A stretch of DNA of 49,950 bases from a virus, in UHGV virus genome UHGV-0044897; one strand, 5' to 3'. The position numbers and the translations under genes are program-made. This document shows positions 27,002 to 36,983 of this stretch, one piece after another. The notes below the pieces were generated by a model that saw only the letters and a list, made by a program, of their open reading frames with translations, did not search any database and was not told where the DNA came from. Numbering within the stretch: position 1 is the stretch's first letter; each line of letters begins with the position of its first letter.

Positions 27002-27040
27002 AAAAAAAGATTGTACACCCACAAAAAGCATACAATCTCT
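27002..27040 (-). terminator. inverted repeat after the AgrB-HTH gene (terminator and/or operator)
   Basis: AGATTGTATGC...GTGTACAATCT followed by a T-run. Confidence 0.6.
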
Positions 27041-27044
27041 AAAT

Positions 27045-27602
27045 TTAAGAGTTTAATTGTTCACGCATTCGTCGTTTCCGCATAGTAACGGATTTTTCGT
27101 TGATACATAGTTCGTCGGCAATTATGCTGTGCTTTGTCTTTTTTATAAAAAATGCGACGGCGAGTTCTTCATTTGTTTCGCTAAGTCGCAATTCATGACA
27201 TCGTGTTCGTAGTTCAGTTTCAGTGCAAGTATCTACATTAAAAGTCTTTTGTTGTTCAAGTTTTTGTTTTAGCTGTTTGTAGTGAACTTCATAGAAATCC
27301 GCATCGCGTTTTGTATTACCTATCCACCCTACAGCGTAGTTTATAGGAATTGCGGATACTAAACTGAGTGTAAACGGTAAAATCAAGCTTATCCCAAAGA
27401 ATAACACAGAAGCAGTGATAACACGACAAATCGAAGGCACAATATGGTGATACTGATGCGGGTATTGCTCTCTTATAAACCAATGGCAAAAGAAAAAGAA
27501 TATCGCTTCAGCCCACTTATTGAAGATTGCCGCCGGTAGGAAAATAGCGACAACCGTAACGATTATCGCTAAAACCCAAGTCTTAATTATGTTCTTCTTC
27601 AA
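27045..27602 (-). CDS. AgrB-like membrane peptidase domain fused to a C-terminal HTH
   Basis: TM helices; FIREQYPHQYHHIVPSIC (R...H-x6-C); C-terminal HSIIADELCINEKSVTMRKRRMREQL. Confidence 0.55.
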   Translation of the reverse strand: MKKNIIKTWVLAIIVTVVAIFLPAAIFNKWAEAIFFFFCHWFIREQYPHQYHHIVPSICRVITASVLFFGISLILPFTLSLVSAIPINYAVGWIGNTKRDADFYEVHYKQLKQKLEQQKTFNVDTCTETELRTRCHELRLSETNEELAVAFFIKKTKHSIIADELCINEKSVTMRKRRMREQLNS

Positions 27603-27783
27603 CTCTGTCTACATCGGCAATCATATTGTCGATTGCATTAAGAATGGTAGCCCATTCTTTGCGAAGCGCACGCAAATCGTCACCTGTAAAGCGATTATGC
27701 CTTATTTTGTTCAACAGTTCAGAAGCCGTCTGCATTGCGATCCCCGCGTTTTCCCCGTACAACCAAGCACCAGGTATACCCAT
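27583..27783 (-). CDS. 66-aa protein, candidate peptide precursor
   Basis: AAGGA RBS; TAATG-coupled to the upstream gene; overlaps the AgrB-like gene. Confidence 0.7.
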   Translation of the reverse strand: MGIPGAWLYGENAGIAMQTASELLNKIRHNRFTGDDLRALRKEWATILNAIDNMIADVDRVEEEHN

Positions 27784-28352
27784 TATTCCTTTTCCTCCCG
27801 TCTATAATTTAACAAGAAGTACAGTAAAACAAGAACAATGTAATAGTCAATCATGAGAATAAGCATAGTCGCAAAATTATAATTGGCTATCATAGTGTTT
27901 AAGTTTCTGACTTCTAATGTTATCGATTGAATAAGACTTGTTGTAGCAAAGCAGAATGCCGTTGCCCCAAGTTTTCCGCAAAACACAGCCGGTAGTATAA
28001 TCATCATTGACATGTTTATTGCCGTGTACTGTTTTGGGATGAAACGTTGTGCTAAGAACAACAATATAATCGCCATTGCTACAATCAATAATTCTTTCGC
28101 GTTAAGGTAAAGTTTTTTACAACAAGCGCAACAATAAAAGAAATATATGAAGAACGATAAGGCGCCACTCGCGGCGTAATATGCCCATGTATGCGTGCTT
28201 ATATAGTTACCCACACGAAGTACGGCAGGTGAATGTGCTATACTCAAAAACCACGTTGTATCAATGGTTTTAGCCACATAAACAAGCAACAAAAGCGCAC
28301 CACTCAGCACAACGCCCATAGTCCACAAATTGTTGAACTTTTTTACTTTCAT
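27783..28352 (-). CDS. polytopic membrane protein (~6 TM)
   Basis: Repeated hydrophobic segments; GAGGA RBS. Confidence 0.8.
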   Translation of the reverse strand: MKVKKFNNLWTMGVVLSGALLLLVYVAKTIDTTWFLSIAHSPAVLRVGNYISTHTWAYYAASGALSFFIYFFYCCACCKKLYLNAKELLIVAMAIILLFLAQRFIPKQYTAINMSMMIILPAVFCGKLGATAFCFATTSLIQSITLEVRNLNTMIANYNFATMLILMIDYYIVLVLLYFLLNYRREEKE

Positions 28353-28852
28353 TGTTTGTTGTCCTCGTCCAAAATTGCGTTTATCTTTTCAATATCGCTG
28401 TCGACATTTTTGTTTGCCTTTACCTTTTTATCCGTTTTTTCGGTTTTAGTAGTATCGTCGGGCTTAGTTGTGTCGGTTAATTCTTCAATCTTGTCCAACA
28501 ATTCTTTGCCCTCACCCTCTTCGTAAGGGTTCTCAATCTTAGTCTTGGTGAAACGTTCAAAGACTGCATACAAAGATATTGCCGCCATACCCAATTTCAA
28601 CCCGGACATAAAATCGAATGGCACTTTAATAAGCGCACAATTGTATATAGCCACGGCTATACAACCAAGAATGAACGGGATCGTAAGGATAAAACTGTTC
28701 CACAAATGGCGACGGTTATCATCGGTAATTTTGCTTGTTAATTTCTTAATTGGCATCTTAATTACTTCTGTAAGCCCAAAAATAACAACGGCAGATGCCC
28801 ACCATATCAACGTTTCACGGCTTGCATCAGAAAGTGCTGCTAAAAACTGCAT
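28349..28852 (-). CDS. holin-like 3-TM protein
   Basis: 3 TM segments and a charged C-terminal tail, after the tail genes. Confidence 0.55.
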   Translation of the reverse strand: MQFLAALSDASRETLIWWASAVVIFGLTEVIKMPIKKLTSKITDDNRRHLWNSFILTIPFILGCIAVAIYNCALIKVPFDFMSGLKLGMAAISLYAVFERFTKTKIENPYEEGEGKELLDKIEELTDTTKPDDTTKTEKTDKKVKANKNVDSDIEKINAILDEDNKQ

Positions 28853-28868
28853 AAGTATTAAACCCCCT

Positions 28869-29183
28869 TTAAGAATTAAGAAGTTTTTCGAGCGCGGCAA
28901 TGTCTGCGTCGTAGTGAAAGCTTTCCTCTACCTTCTTCGCAATTGTTGCTTGCACTTTATCTTCAAACGCTTTTTTTTCAGCCTCAGTATTGTTTTGTAT
29001 CGTGATAAGCGCCCGCGAATGGCGATCTTCCTCTGCCGATATAGAAGCATCTCTTTTTGCGTCGAACTCTGCAAATTTAGGCATAATTACATCGTTCTGC
29101 ACTCTTGCTATCTGTTCCATTATTTTGTTATCACGTTCAGCCTTAAGCTTAGCAACAGTTTCTGCTATAATTTCGTCACGCAT
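28869..29183 (-). CDS. helical hypothetical protein
   Basis: GGAGG RBS. Confidence 0.7.
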   Translation of the reverse strand: MRDEIIAETVAKLKAERDNKIMEQIARVQNDVIMPKFAEFDAKRDASISAEEDRHSRALITIQNNTEAEKKAFEDKVQATIAKKVEESFHYDADIAALEKLLNS

Positions 29184-29463
29184 TAGTCGTTCCTCCAGTA
29201 AGTTCGTTGATAAGTGCTTCCGTATCGTCGCCGGGTTCTACGGGTGTAATTCCGTTGTCCGTGGTAATATCCGGGACTTCGATTTCGGTTTCTTCTACAT
29301 ACAGCTTTCTGTCGGAAACATATTTTTCACGGCGGTCAGCGTATTTCTGTTCAATTGCCGCGATTTCTTTGGCTTTTGCGTCGTCAATTCCACCGATGAT
29401 TTTGTCAAACAGCGCAACGACTTCTTCATAGCCTTCTTTCGCTTTTTCCTGTTTTATAAACAT
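29176..29463 (-). CDS. acidic hypothetical protein
   Basis: GGAGG RBS. Confidence 0.7.
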   Translation of the reverse strand: MFIKQEKAKEGYEEVVALFDKIIGGIDDAKAKEIAAIEQKYADRREKYVSDRKLYVEETEIEVPDITTDNGITPVEPGDDTEALINELTGGTTNA

Positions 29464-30182
29464 AAAAGTGTTCCTCCACTTGTTTTTGTACCTATATACT
29501 TAATTAGGCTTTGTCCACCAAAAATAGTTCCTGCAACCGCAGCTGCCAACAAAAGAATAACCACAATTGCAACAATTATCTTAATAGCATTATTTTTTAT
29601 CGAATTGCACACATCGCCTACGATATCAATAACGCCACTCAGTAATGCACCGCAAATAGTTATAGGCAACTTTATAATTTGTATAAGTATGAATATTAAG
29701 CTTGCGGGATAGAGCCAAAATTTCATTACGCTCATTGTCTTTTTTGTCGTAATTCCCGCACACTTTAAGATATCTTTGTTGGCTTCGTAGTATGCCTCGG
29801 CTTTATCCGCCTCTTTTGCCATTTGCTCAACTTCGGCTTGCAAGCGGTTTTTTTGTTTTGCAAGCTCAGCAATTTCTCGTTCGCTTTCTTGCTTAACTTT
29901 TTGAACCTCTTTGGCGATTTTTGCGGTTTCGGCTTCGACCCTTTTTGCCATAGCATCGTTTTTTAACTCTTCCGTCTTTTCGGAAACGAGTGTATCTACG
30001 GTGCCGTCGCGCTTTAATGCCTCTTTTGTGGATAAAAGGTCAATTGTAGCCTTAACATCATCGGTTTTTCGTGCATTTTGCTCAATTACCGCGCCCACAA
30101 TATCAGACTGTTTCGGCATAGGGACTGCATTTTTCGCTTCGGCAAGCTGTTTATCTAACTCTGCCAATTCTTTTTCGTCCAT
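29454..30182 (-). CDS. coiled-coil protein with C-terminal TM helices
   Basis: Long heptad region followed by hydrophobic segments. Confidence 0.75.
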   Translation of the reverse strand: MDEKELAELDKQLAEAKNAVPMPKQSDIVGAVIEQNARKTDDVKATIDLLSTKEALKRDGTVDTLVSEKTEELKNDAMAKRVEAETAKIAKEVQKVKQESEREIAELAKQKNRLQAEVEQMAKEADKAEAYYEANKDILKCAGITTKKTMSVMKFWLYPASLIFILIQIIKLPITICGALLSGVIDIVGDVCNSIKNNAIKIIVAIVVILLLAAAVAGTIFGGQSLIKYIGTKTSGGTLLCL

Positions 30183-30220
30183 AGTTTTCACCACCATTGT
30201 ATAGTATTTTTTTCTTTTTG

Positions 30221-30808
30221 TCAACAGTTTTCGCAATTTTTTGCATAAAACTTATTTCCTAAGCTTGTTGCAGTCTGCTCAAACCATATTTCGTCATATA
30301 TCGGTTGATTGCCGTCTTTGAACTTAAACTTTTCGTCAGCAAAATACCACACGCCAAAAATATAAGTATAAAACGCTAAAAAAGCGCCGATATATTTGAT
30401 TATACGCGGTTCTACACCTAAACAAAGTATAGAAAGTGAAGTTAAAGCCAAAACAATTAGACAGCCGTTATAGATTAAATCCTTATATGACTTGCTTTCG
30501 TACATCCAATAGCGCGTTGCAGATGGCAAACACACAAATAATGGCATAAAAATTCCAAATATAAGGTTTTGAAAGCAATGTCCGTGTTCGTGGCAAAGCG
30601 TGTCTAACGACGGGTTAGGCGAAGTTATGAACATAGCGCCGAGTGAAACACCACCCCAATTTTTTTTACCTGTTTCAAAATAATAGGTCAACCCAAACTT
30701 TTTAGGCTTACACCCTTTGAAGAAAAGAACAAGAGTGGCAACAAGACCTACAAGTGTCATTGGCAAGCCCCAAGTAAGAGAACCAAACCAATAAAAGAAT
30801 TTTTTCAT
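30221..30808 (-). CDS. membrane protein with an HEXXH zinc-peptidase motif
   Basis: GGVSLG, CHEHGHCFQ, WFEQTA; several TMs. Confidence 0.7.
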   Translation of the reverse strand: MKKFFYWFGSLTWGLPMTLVGLVATLVLFFKGCKPKKFGLTYYFETGKKNWGGVSLGAMFITSPNPSLDTLCHEHGHCFQNLIFGIFMPLFVCLPSATRYWMYESKSYKDLIYNGCLIVLALTSLSILCLGVEPRIIKYIGAFLAFYTYIFGVWYFADEKFKFKDGNQPIYDEIWFEQTATSLGNKFYAKNCENC

Positions 30809-30819
30809 AACTCACTCCT

Positions 30820-31881
30820 TTATATTTCTGTAACAGTATCTACCCAATTGGTAATCGTCACCGGAGTATAAGTATTCACGTTACCAGTTGTTGTGCTATA
30901 TACTTTAATCCCCAAGCTACCAGTCTTAGAAGTAGGCGAAACTGACATAATCACACTATTAACGTTCCCTGTGTTGCCGTCTATGTATGAATATCCGTTA
31001 ACCATAGTTGTTGAAGTAAAGTCAGAAACCGTTAAAGCCGTTGAACTACTGTTGTTTATCGTAAACTCAAACTGAAAAGTCTTTTTGTCGGGTTTTGGGG
31101 TTGTATACCACCCGGTTACATAATGTCTATATAGTCCGCCGCCAGAAGAAGCTGTTTTCTTTGTGTATACCCAGACTTTTGAAGTCAATAATACAACTGA
31201 ATAAGTAGTTTTACCAGTTGTTACTTCATAGAGCCTTCCGGCTGCTGTATCTTGTACTAACGGCATTATGGTAACTTCGTTAACGCCAGTAGTCGCTTTC
31301 AAAAAAGACATTTTAGCACTTGTAATGTACGAATAATATCGAGCGGCAAGGGTTCCTTGTGTTGTGGTTTGAACATCCCCTATGTCTATGACCGGATATA
31401 CCTCATTAGTATTTACCGAAAGTATTTTTCCGGAAGCTTCAAAATTCAATCCTGTACTGATTGTCAATAGCCCGGTAGTTGCATAGGCTGCGCCTGCTTG
31501 TTTTATTCCAGTTACTGCTGAAGTAAGTGCCGTATAAGCGTTACTTGTAAACGCTTTTGTTGAAAGTGTAATTGTCACCACATATATAACGTTTTTGACA
31601 TTAGTAGAATATACCAACTGGGTGGGGCTTTGCTGCGTTAAAGTATATATACGTCCGTCATATTCAAGTTTATTAAAAGGAGATACTTGCAATTTCGCCA
31701 ACTGTTCATCGGTGATAGGTGAACTCGTAATTGTTACAATTTCACCACCGCTTCCACCGCTCTCACTTTTCTTCGCATACGTTTCAACAATGTCGTTTCC
31801 CTCACCGTCGTACTTAGCGCAAAGGTCAAGGTCAACCACAGTAGTTTCATCTTGTCGTATTTGCGGTTTGTACTTTGCCAT
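30820..31881 (-). CDS. tail fibre / receptor-binding protein
   Basis: YDGEGNDIVETYAKK; Thr-rich beta protein in the tail module. Confidence 0.6.
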   Translation of the reverse strand: MAKYKPQIRQDETTVVDLDLCAKYDGEGNDIVETYAKKSESGGSGGEIVTITSSPITDEQLAKLQVSPFNKLEYDGRIYTLTQQSPTQLVYSTNVKNVIYVVTITLSTKAFTSNAYTALTSAVTGIKQAGAAYATTGLLTISTGLNFEASGKILSVNTNEVYPVIDIGDVQTTTQGTLAARYYSYITSAKMSFLKATTGVNEVTIMPLVQDTAAGRLYEVTTGKTTYSVVLLTSKVWVYTKKTASSGGGLYRHYVTGWYTTPKPDKKTFQFEFTINNSSSTALTVSDFTSTTMVNGYSYIDGNTGNVNSVIMSVSPTSKTGSLGIKVYSTTTGNVNTYTPVTITNWVDTVTEI

Positions 31882-31884
31882 TTA

Positions 31885-33072
31885 TTATATCTCCTTAAAG
31901 AAAATTCCACCGATTGCAAGGTTAGTTGTCGGAGTGTTGGTTCCTGTTTTATCCCCGACTTCGATAAGTTGCGCCCCGGCAATGACAAGCCCTTTTGCGT
32001 TTACGTTAACAGCCGAATAAGTGCCAGCGGTTACGCCCGAAGCGGCAAGCGTTACAGCAATTTCCTTGTTAGCAGTGCCGTCAAAAGTGGTTTCACCCGT
32101 TGCGTCCCCAGACAGAGAAATCTTGCGTGCGGTTTCTAATTGTTTCGCTTTGCCCGCAACAGTGTTACCATTTTTGATTTCTGCAACTATTCCCGTGTTG
32201 CCATATAATGCGCTATATGTTGCGAGCGCAGACGGAACTCTTTTATCCAAGGCTGTTGAAGGTGTTAAGGATGTTACGATATCGCCTTGCCCAAGTTTAT
32301 TGTTCCAAGTCGCTTTTTCACTGTCGGTAACAAGTCTGTGCGTTGCGTCGTCCTTGGCGTCTGCAAGTTTTCCGCTCGTGGCGATAGTGGCAAGGTTTTC
32401 CGTTTCGGTATATTTAGCCAAAGCCGTATTTAATGCTTCGGTCGTGGTATAGCCCGACAAATCAAGTGTCTGCGTGCCAAGTTCTTCCCACGCGTTGTTG
32501 ACGTAAATATACTCGGTGTATAAGTTGCCCGTTTCCGTGGTACTCGTTTTCTTGATATAGATAGTCGTGGGCGAAATATTGCTCGTTGGCAGATTTTCGA
32601 CAACTTCAATTGAAAATTTAGGAATTGCACTAATGTTGTTGTTGATTGTGGTTATCTTACCGTCAATTTCCGTTTTGGTATAGTAATAGGTAAGGTCGCT
32701 GACAGATTTTGTGATAAAATTAGCAATAGCGGTCAAGTCTGCCTTCAAATCCAACGCCGTTTGCGTCGCAGTCGAAATAGGCTTATTTGCATCTGACGTG
32801 TTATCAACATTGCCTAAGCCGATGTTTGCTTTGGTAATATTTACCTGTCCAAGTCGGTAAGAGGTTTCTGCGTCACCTTTTACGCCGGTAACAACGCCGC
32901 CGCCCGTGATTGCAGCAATATTGTTGTTTAATTCTTCAAGCGCACTCTTTACATCAGTCGCTTGGATGCCTGTCGCCGCAACCTTTACAATATCTGCATC
33001 GGTTTCAGGATGTAAAGTAAGGGGTTCGCCCGTTGATTGTTTCTGCTGAATAACATACTTTTTAGTAGCCAT
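31885..33072 (-). CDS. tail fibre protein
   Basis: NIGLGNVDNTSDANKPIS and LETARKISLSGDATG...GVTAGTY fibre repeats. Confidence 0.85.
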   Translation of the reverse strand: MATKKYVIQQKQSTGEPLTLHPETDADIVKVAATGIQATDVKSALEELNNNIAAITGGGVVTGVKGDAETSYRLGQVNITKANIGLGNVDNTSDANKPISTATQTALDLKADLTAIANFITKSVSDLTYYYTKTEIDGKITTINNNISAIPKFSIEVVENLPTSNISPTTIYIKKTSTTETGNLYTEYIYVNNAWEELGTQTLDLSGYTTTEALNTALAKYTETENLATIATSGKLADAKDDATHRLVTDSEKATWNNKLGQGDIVTSLTPSTALDKRVPSALATYSALYGNTGIVAEIKNGNTVAGKAKQLETARKISLSGDATGETTFDGTANKEIAVTLAASGVTAGTYSAVNVNAKGLVIAGAQLIEVGDKTGTNTPTTNLAIGGIFFKEI

Positions 33073-33746
33073 TAGTGTATCTCCTTAAAAATATAATCTT
33101 TTTCGCCCCAATTTGTAGGCGTAGTTTGTACTGTTTGTATTTTGGTGTTTACTCTGCCCTCAACATCATCTTTCGTAGCAATTTTCAACGTTTGGAATAA
33201 ATAACTTTCGTCAATCGCAATCGCACCTTGATTGTCTTCTTTTATACCCTTACCCAATTTCAGGATCGGGGCAACGTCAAGTTGTATCCCAAAGTTTTGC
33301 CCAAACATACGTTCAAAATTAAGAGTATGGTTATCAAGCGTAACGTTTGTAATGCTCATTGTCAGCAGAGCGGACAAATTTTCTTTTTGAGCAGGATCTA
33401 TTTCAATAGGGCTTGCGGGATCTTTCGCTTCCATAAACGAAAAAGTCTCGCTTTCCGAATTTTTGATAGTCCCGTCAGCGCGAATAAATGAAAAACTGAT
33501 ATTTACGCAACGATAACGGCTGATATTACCACGAATAGTATAAACGTTTTTATCCATAGCAACATTGTCGATTATTTCACCAAAACCGTTGGCAATAATC
33601 ATCGTGCAACCGCTGTCTTTTTCAATTTTAGGACGGACGATTTCTATCTGTTCATACAAATCATCATATTGGCGTCCCAAAACATAGTTATCAGCTTCAA
33701 GTGTATAACGGTCATAGCCCGTATCTTTTATATATATTACAGTCAT
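33072..33746 (-). CDS. baseplate upper (BppU-like) protein
   Basis: Position in the tail module; GGAGG RBS. Confidence 0.5.
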   Translation of the reverse strand: MTVIYIKDTGYDRYTLEADNYVLGRQYDDLYEQIEIVRPKIEKDSGCTMIIANGFGEIIDNVAMDKNVYTIRGNISRYRCVNISFSFIRADGTIKNSESETFSFMEAKDPASPIEIDPAQKENLSALLTMSITNVTLDNHTLNFERMFGQNFGIQLDVAPILKLGKGIKEDNQGAIAIDESYLFQTLKIATKDDVEGRVNTKIQTVQTTPTNWGEKDYIFKEIH

Positions 33747-33765
33747 AATGACCTCCAATAGTATT

Positions 33766-34083
33766 TTAGCCTACATTTTCATCGTTGTCAAGTATTTCCG
33801 TCGAAATAATGGCAAAAAGTGACGAATTTACTATATATTCTGGAACAATTTTTACTTGCGGTGCTGCACCGTCGCCACAAGCCCACTCAGAATTGTTTTT
33901 TTTATTTAATATGTACCAACCGACTTCACCCAAAAATTTGTAACGCCATTCTATCTGCATGCTTACAAACAAAACACCATCGCGGTATTCTATGTAGTCA
34001 CCGTTCGGGGCTGTATATATTGGAATAGGCGAATTGGCAAAATCAAGAATGTTTAACGTGCTGTTCAGTAAATATTGTTTCAT
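33766..34083 (-). CDS. hypothetical tail-module protein
   Basis: ATGA overlap. Confidence 0.6.
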   Translation of the reverse strand: MKQYLLNSTLNILDFANSPIPIYTAPNGDYIEYRDGVLFVSMQIEWRYKFLGEVGWYILNKKNNSEWACGDGAAPQVKIVPEYIVNSSLFAIISTEILDNDENVG

Positions 34084-36983
34084 GCGTCCACCTCACCTAT
34101 ACAAAAAGCGAATGCAACAGCTTTTGAATAAGTCTGATTAGAAGTACTAAATATGGCTCCAGTTTTGTTGCGATATATATATTGTTCACGATATATAGTT
34201 GTTGACTTTTTCCCTAATGAGCAAGTCCACCAATCAACAGATACCCCATCTGTATTTTTTAATGCTCTTACAGAATTATCATTATCAGCAAAATATGCAT
34301 ATTGAGTGCCTTCTTGCGCCCAAACAACATTCCCTAATGAATTCCCAATTTCGTAAGCAGATAATAAAAACAGATCATCTGTCAAAGTCTGTGCGCTATC
34401 ATTGTAATCAAATATCTTCTTTTGAACAGGTTTAAGCCTTTTGATTAGGTTGTTTGCCGAAACAACATTCTCTTCGTCGTCCCAGCCCGGCAACGTATTC
34501 TTAATATCGTTCAACAACGTTGTGCGCAGCGAACAGGAACCCCAATAGGTGGAAACACCTTGATTAGAATTCATCTTATAGTTTGTAGCTAATGGCGTCT
34601 TTATAAAGAAAGTTATCCCAGCTTTCTTTGTGTCGCTTATTTTATCGTGATTAAACCCGATTATTACGGCGGTGAGTTTTTCGCCCGTGCTTAACTCTAT
34701 CTCTTTTTCGTCGCCGATAGAAAACACGTTCTGTGCTTGCCCGCTGTTGGCAATGCTTTCAATCGTTTCCCATGACATGTATTTCAATCCACGGTTGCCG
34801 CTTGTGATTTCTTGCAATTCCAACTTTTGGTGAGGATAGCCGTCGTATATCAAAGTCGTACCTGTGACACGCCACAAATACGGATTGCCGTCAGCATAGT
34901 TATATATACTGTCCCCAAATGAATTGCGGTCAAGCCGAACAACATCGCCGATATGAATGATTTCGCCTTCGCTCGCTTGTTTTGCAATTGTACCATCTGT
35001 ATATTTTAGTTGGTCTAAGGTGATTTCAGTTGTACAAGTACTAACACCGTTGGCATAATCTGAAAGAATAGAATTTTTTACGGTTGTAACTAAGTTTCCA
35101 AGTTCTTTGTAGCTTGCAGAGTGCGGCGTAATTGTTGCTTGATATCCTGTATTATAATCTCCGCTTGTTATAACAATTTCATCAAGCCCAAGTCCGGTTT
35201 TCCCGTAAAGTTTTGTATTTGATGGCAAACTTGTAAAGCCAGATCCCGAACCGGCATATCCATAAGCGCCTGTCGCGGCATCAAATGTATAATCTTCGAA
35301 TAAGAATTCACCATATACGCCATATACCTTATTTAAGATTTCCTTTTTTAGCACTTGGGGTACAGTTCCACTTACAGTATCCTGATATTCAGAAATTAAC
35401 CGTGCCTTGTCTTGGAAAAGCGAAGAACCCGTTATTTCAGCAATTGAATTATCCGTGCCGTATGTCGTGACATCCGCAAAAGAAATAGTTTGTTTGCGAC
35501 CATTTATAACAACATCTAATTGAGTGGCTGTTTCGCTAATATATTCTCCTTCCCAAACTCCAGTCATCCCCTTGCGCCTTTTAACTCCTTTTTTGGTTGT
35601 CCCTATGCAAATTTTTAAGTTCTTTATATGATAATAGTCTTTATCCCATGTAACAATTGTTTCATCCCCTATATTAGATGAAGAAGTAGCCAATTTTATT
35701 GTTTGCGGTGACAATTCAATGCCCCCAATATCAGGAATATCATATGTATAATCATATTTCGGTTCCACCCCAGCAGATTGGAAAGGCGTCAATTCCCAAT
35801 TAGAGTAAGTGATATCCTTATCATCCAAGTCTTCAAATGAAACAGTCCCTGGGGCAGTTGCATATCCATTTATTCTGTACCCTGTTGTTGAAATGTTAAT
35901 GTTTGGATTTTTATTGGCGTCTAACCCATAATCAATGGATTGTATTTTAGTCAAATTTGAATTGCGCACTATGGGGATGTCAAACGAAAATGTTACATAT
36001 ATTGCAAACATCCACGCATAAGCTTGTTCTGTATATGAAGCAAATGGATCTGGATATGTATATTCTGCTCTTTTATCTGCCGCTTCGCTTGTTCGTACCA
36101 CATTATCATAGAATGATGGCAATGTATAAGAAAATACAACTCCTGTCTCGTTAAGAATGTTTACTTGTTTATAGCCGATAAGCACGTTGCTATACTTATT
36201 TTTTAACAAGACATCGCGGGCGGGAAACTCATTTTGTGAAGACGGTGGCAACGAAATTATTTTTTCGCTTTTTGCCTTTGCGGGGCGGGCATTGAAAAAA
36301 CGTATGTTTTTAGGATAAACACCACCGCTTTCGTTAGTCTCGGAATAGTTCAACTGCGCAACGGTGCATATTTTATCTACCGTAGAACGTAAATTATCTG
36401 CGGCAAGATAATCGTACGGAATTATTATGCGTTGCAAAAATTGCTTTACCGTCATATCCTTTATTACAGCACCCATATTAACACTGATAGTACGACTGCA
36501 CATAGCATCAACATCGGCTTGCATAACGGTGTTTGATTTATCCCACTTCAAAGTAGTTATTAAAACATAACTTAATATTTCATACAAGTTAGGTTTTATG
36601 GCGTCGTCAGCCCGCAAAGAATAATCACGCCCTGCAAACTGTATTTTATCCCAGTTGCTAATATTATCTACAAGCGAAACAGAGAGTTCACCCGAATTTT
36701 CTTCGTAATCACTGTCGCTTGTTTTGAAAACGCCTTGCAGTTTGTCGTTGTAATACGTTTTAACAGTGGTGTCGCTTAAATCAAAAGTACCGTCGATGAC
36801 TTTATCTACAATCTCACGTTGGGGGTCATCGATTTTCATACTGCCTGTTTTCGGCACGCCGCCATAAAATATTTCTTTGGGAGCGTGCGTGGACTGCGTT
36901 GTCGTTGTCTGTTCGGTCAGCCCATTATATGTATCGACGGTGTATTCTGTGCCGTCGGTTTTGCGCAATGTCGTTTTATACAT
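34080..36983 (-). CDS. tail tip/hub protein with a C-terminal DUF6273-like domain
   Basis: 967 aa after Dit; WETI...FSIGDEK...IIGFNHD...DLFLLS...WW...VAFAFCI. Confidence 0.75.
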   Translation of the reverse strand: MYKTTLRKTDGTEYTVDTYNGLTEQTTTTQSTHAPKEIFYGGVPKTGSMKIDDPQREIVDKVIDGTFDLSDTTVKTYYNDKLQGVFKTSDSDYEENSGELSVSLVDNISNWDKIQFAGRDYSLRADDAIKPNLYEILSYVLITTLKWDKSNTVMQADVDAMCSRTISVNMGAVIKDMTVKQFLQRIIIPYDYLAADNLRSTVDKICTVAQLNYSETNESGGVYPKNIRFFNARPAKAKSEKIISLPPSSQNEFPARDVLLKNKYSNVLIGYKQVNILNETGVVFSYTLPSFYDNVVRTSEAADKRAEYTYPDPFASYTEQAYAWMFAIYVTFSFDIPIVRNSNLTKIQSIDYGLDANKNPNINISTTGYRINGYATAPGTVSFEDLDDKDITYSNWELTPFQSAGVEPKYDYTYDIPDIGGIELSPQTIKLATSSSNIGDETIVTWDKDYYHIKNLKICIGTTKKGVKRRKGMTGVWEGEYISETATQLDVVINGRKQTISFADVTTYGTDNSIAEITGSSLFQDKARLISEYQDTVSGTVPQVLKKEILNKVYGVYGEFLFEDYTFDAATGAYGYAGSGSGFTSLPSNTKLYGKTGLGLDEIVITSGDYNTGYQATITPHSASYKELGNLVTTVKNSILSDYANGVSTCTTEITLDQLKYTDGTIAKQASEGEIIHIGDVVRLDRNSFGDSIYNYADGNPYLWRVTGTTLIYDGYPHQKLELQEITSGNRGLKYMSWETIESIANSGQAQNVFSIGDEKEIELSTGEKLTAVIIGFNHDKISDTKKAGITFFIKTPLATNYKMNSNQGVSTYWGSCSLRTTLLNDIKNTLPGWDDEENVVSANNLIKRLKPVQKKIFDYNDSAQTLTDDLFLLSAYEIGNSLGNVVWAQEGTQYAYFADNDNSVRALKNTDGVSVDWWTCSLGKKSTTIYREQYIYRNKTGAIFSTSNQTYSKAVAFAFCIGEVDA

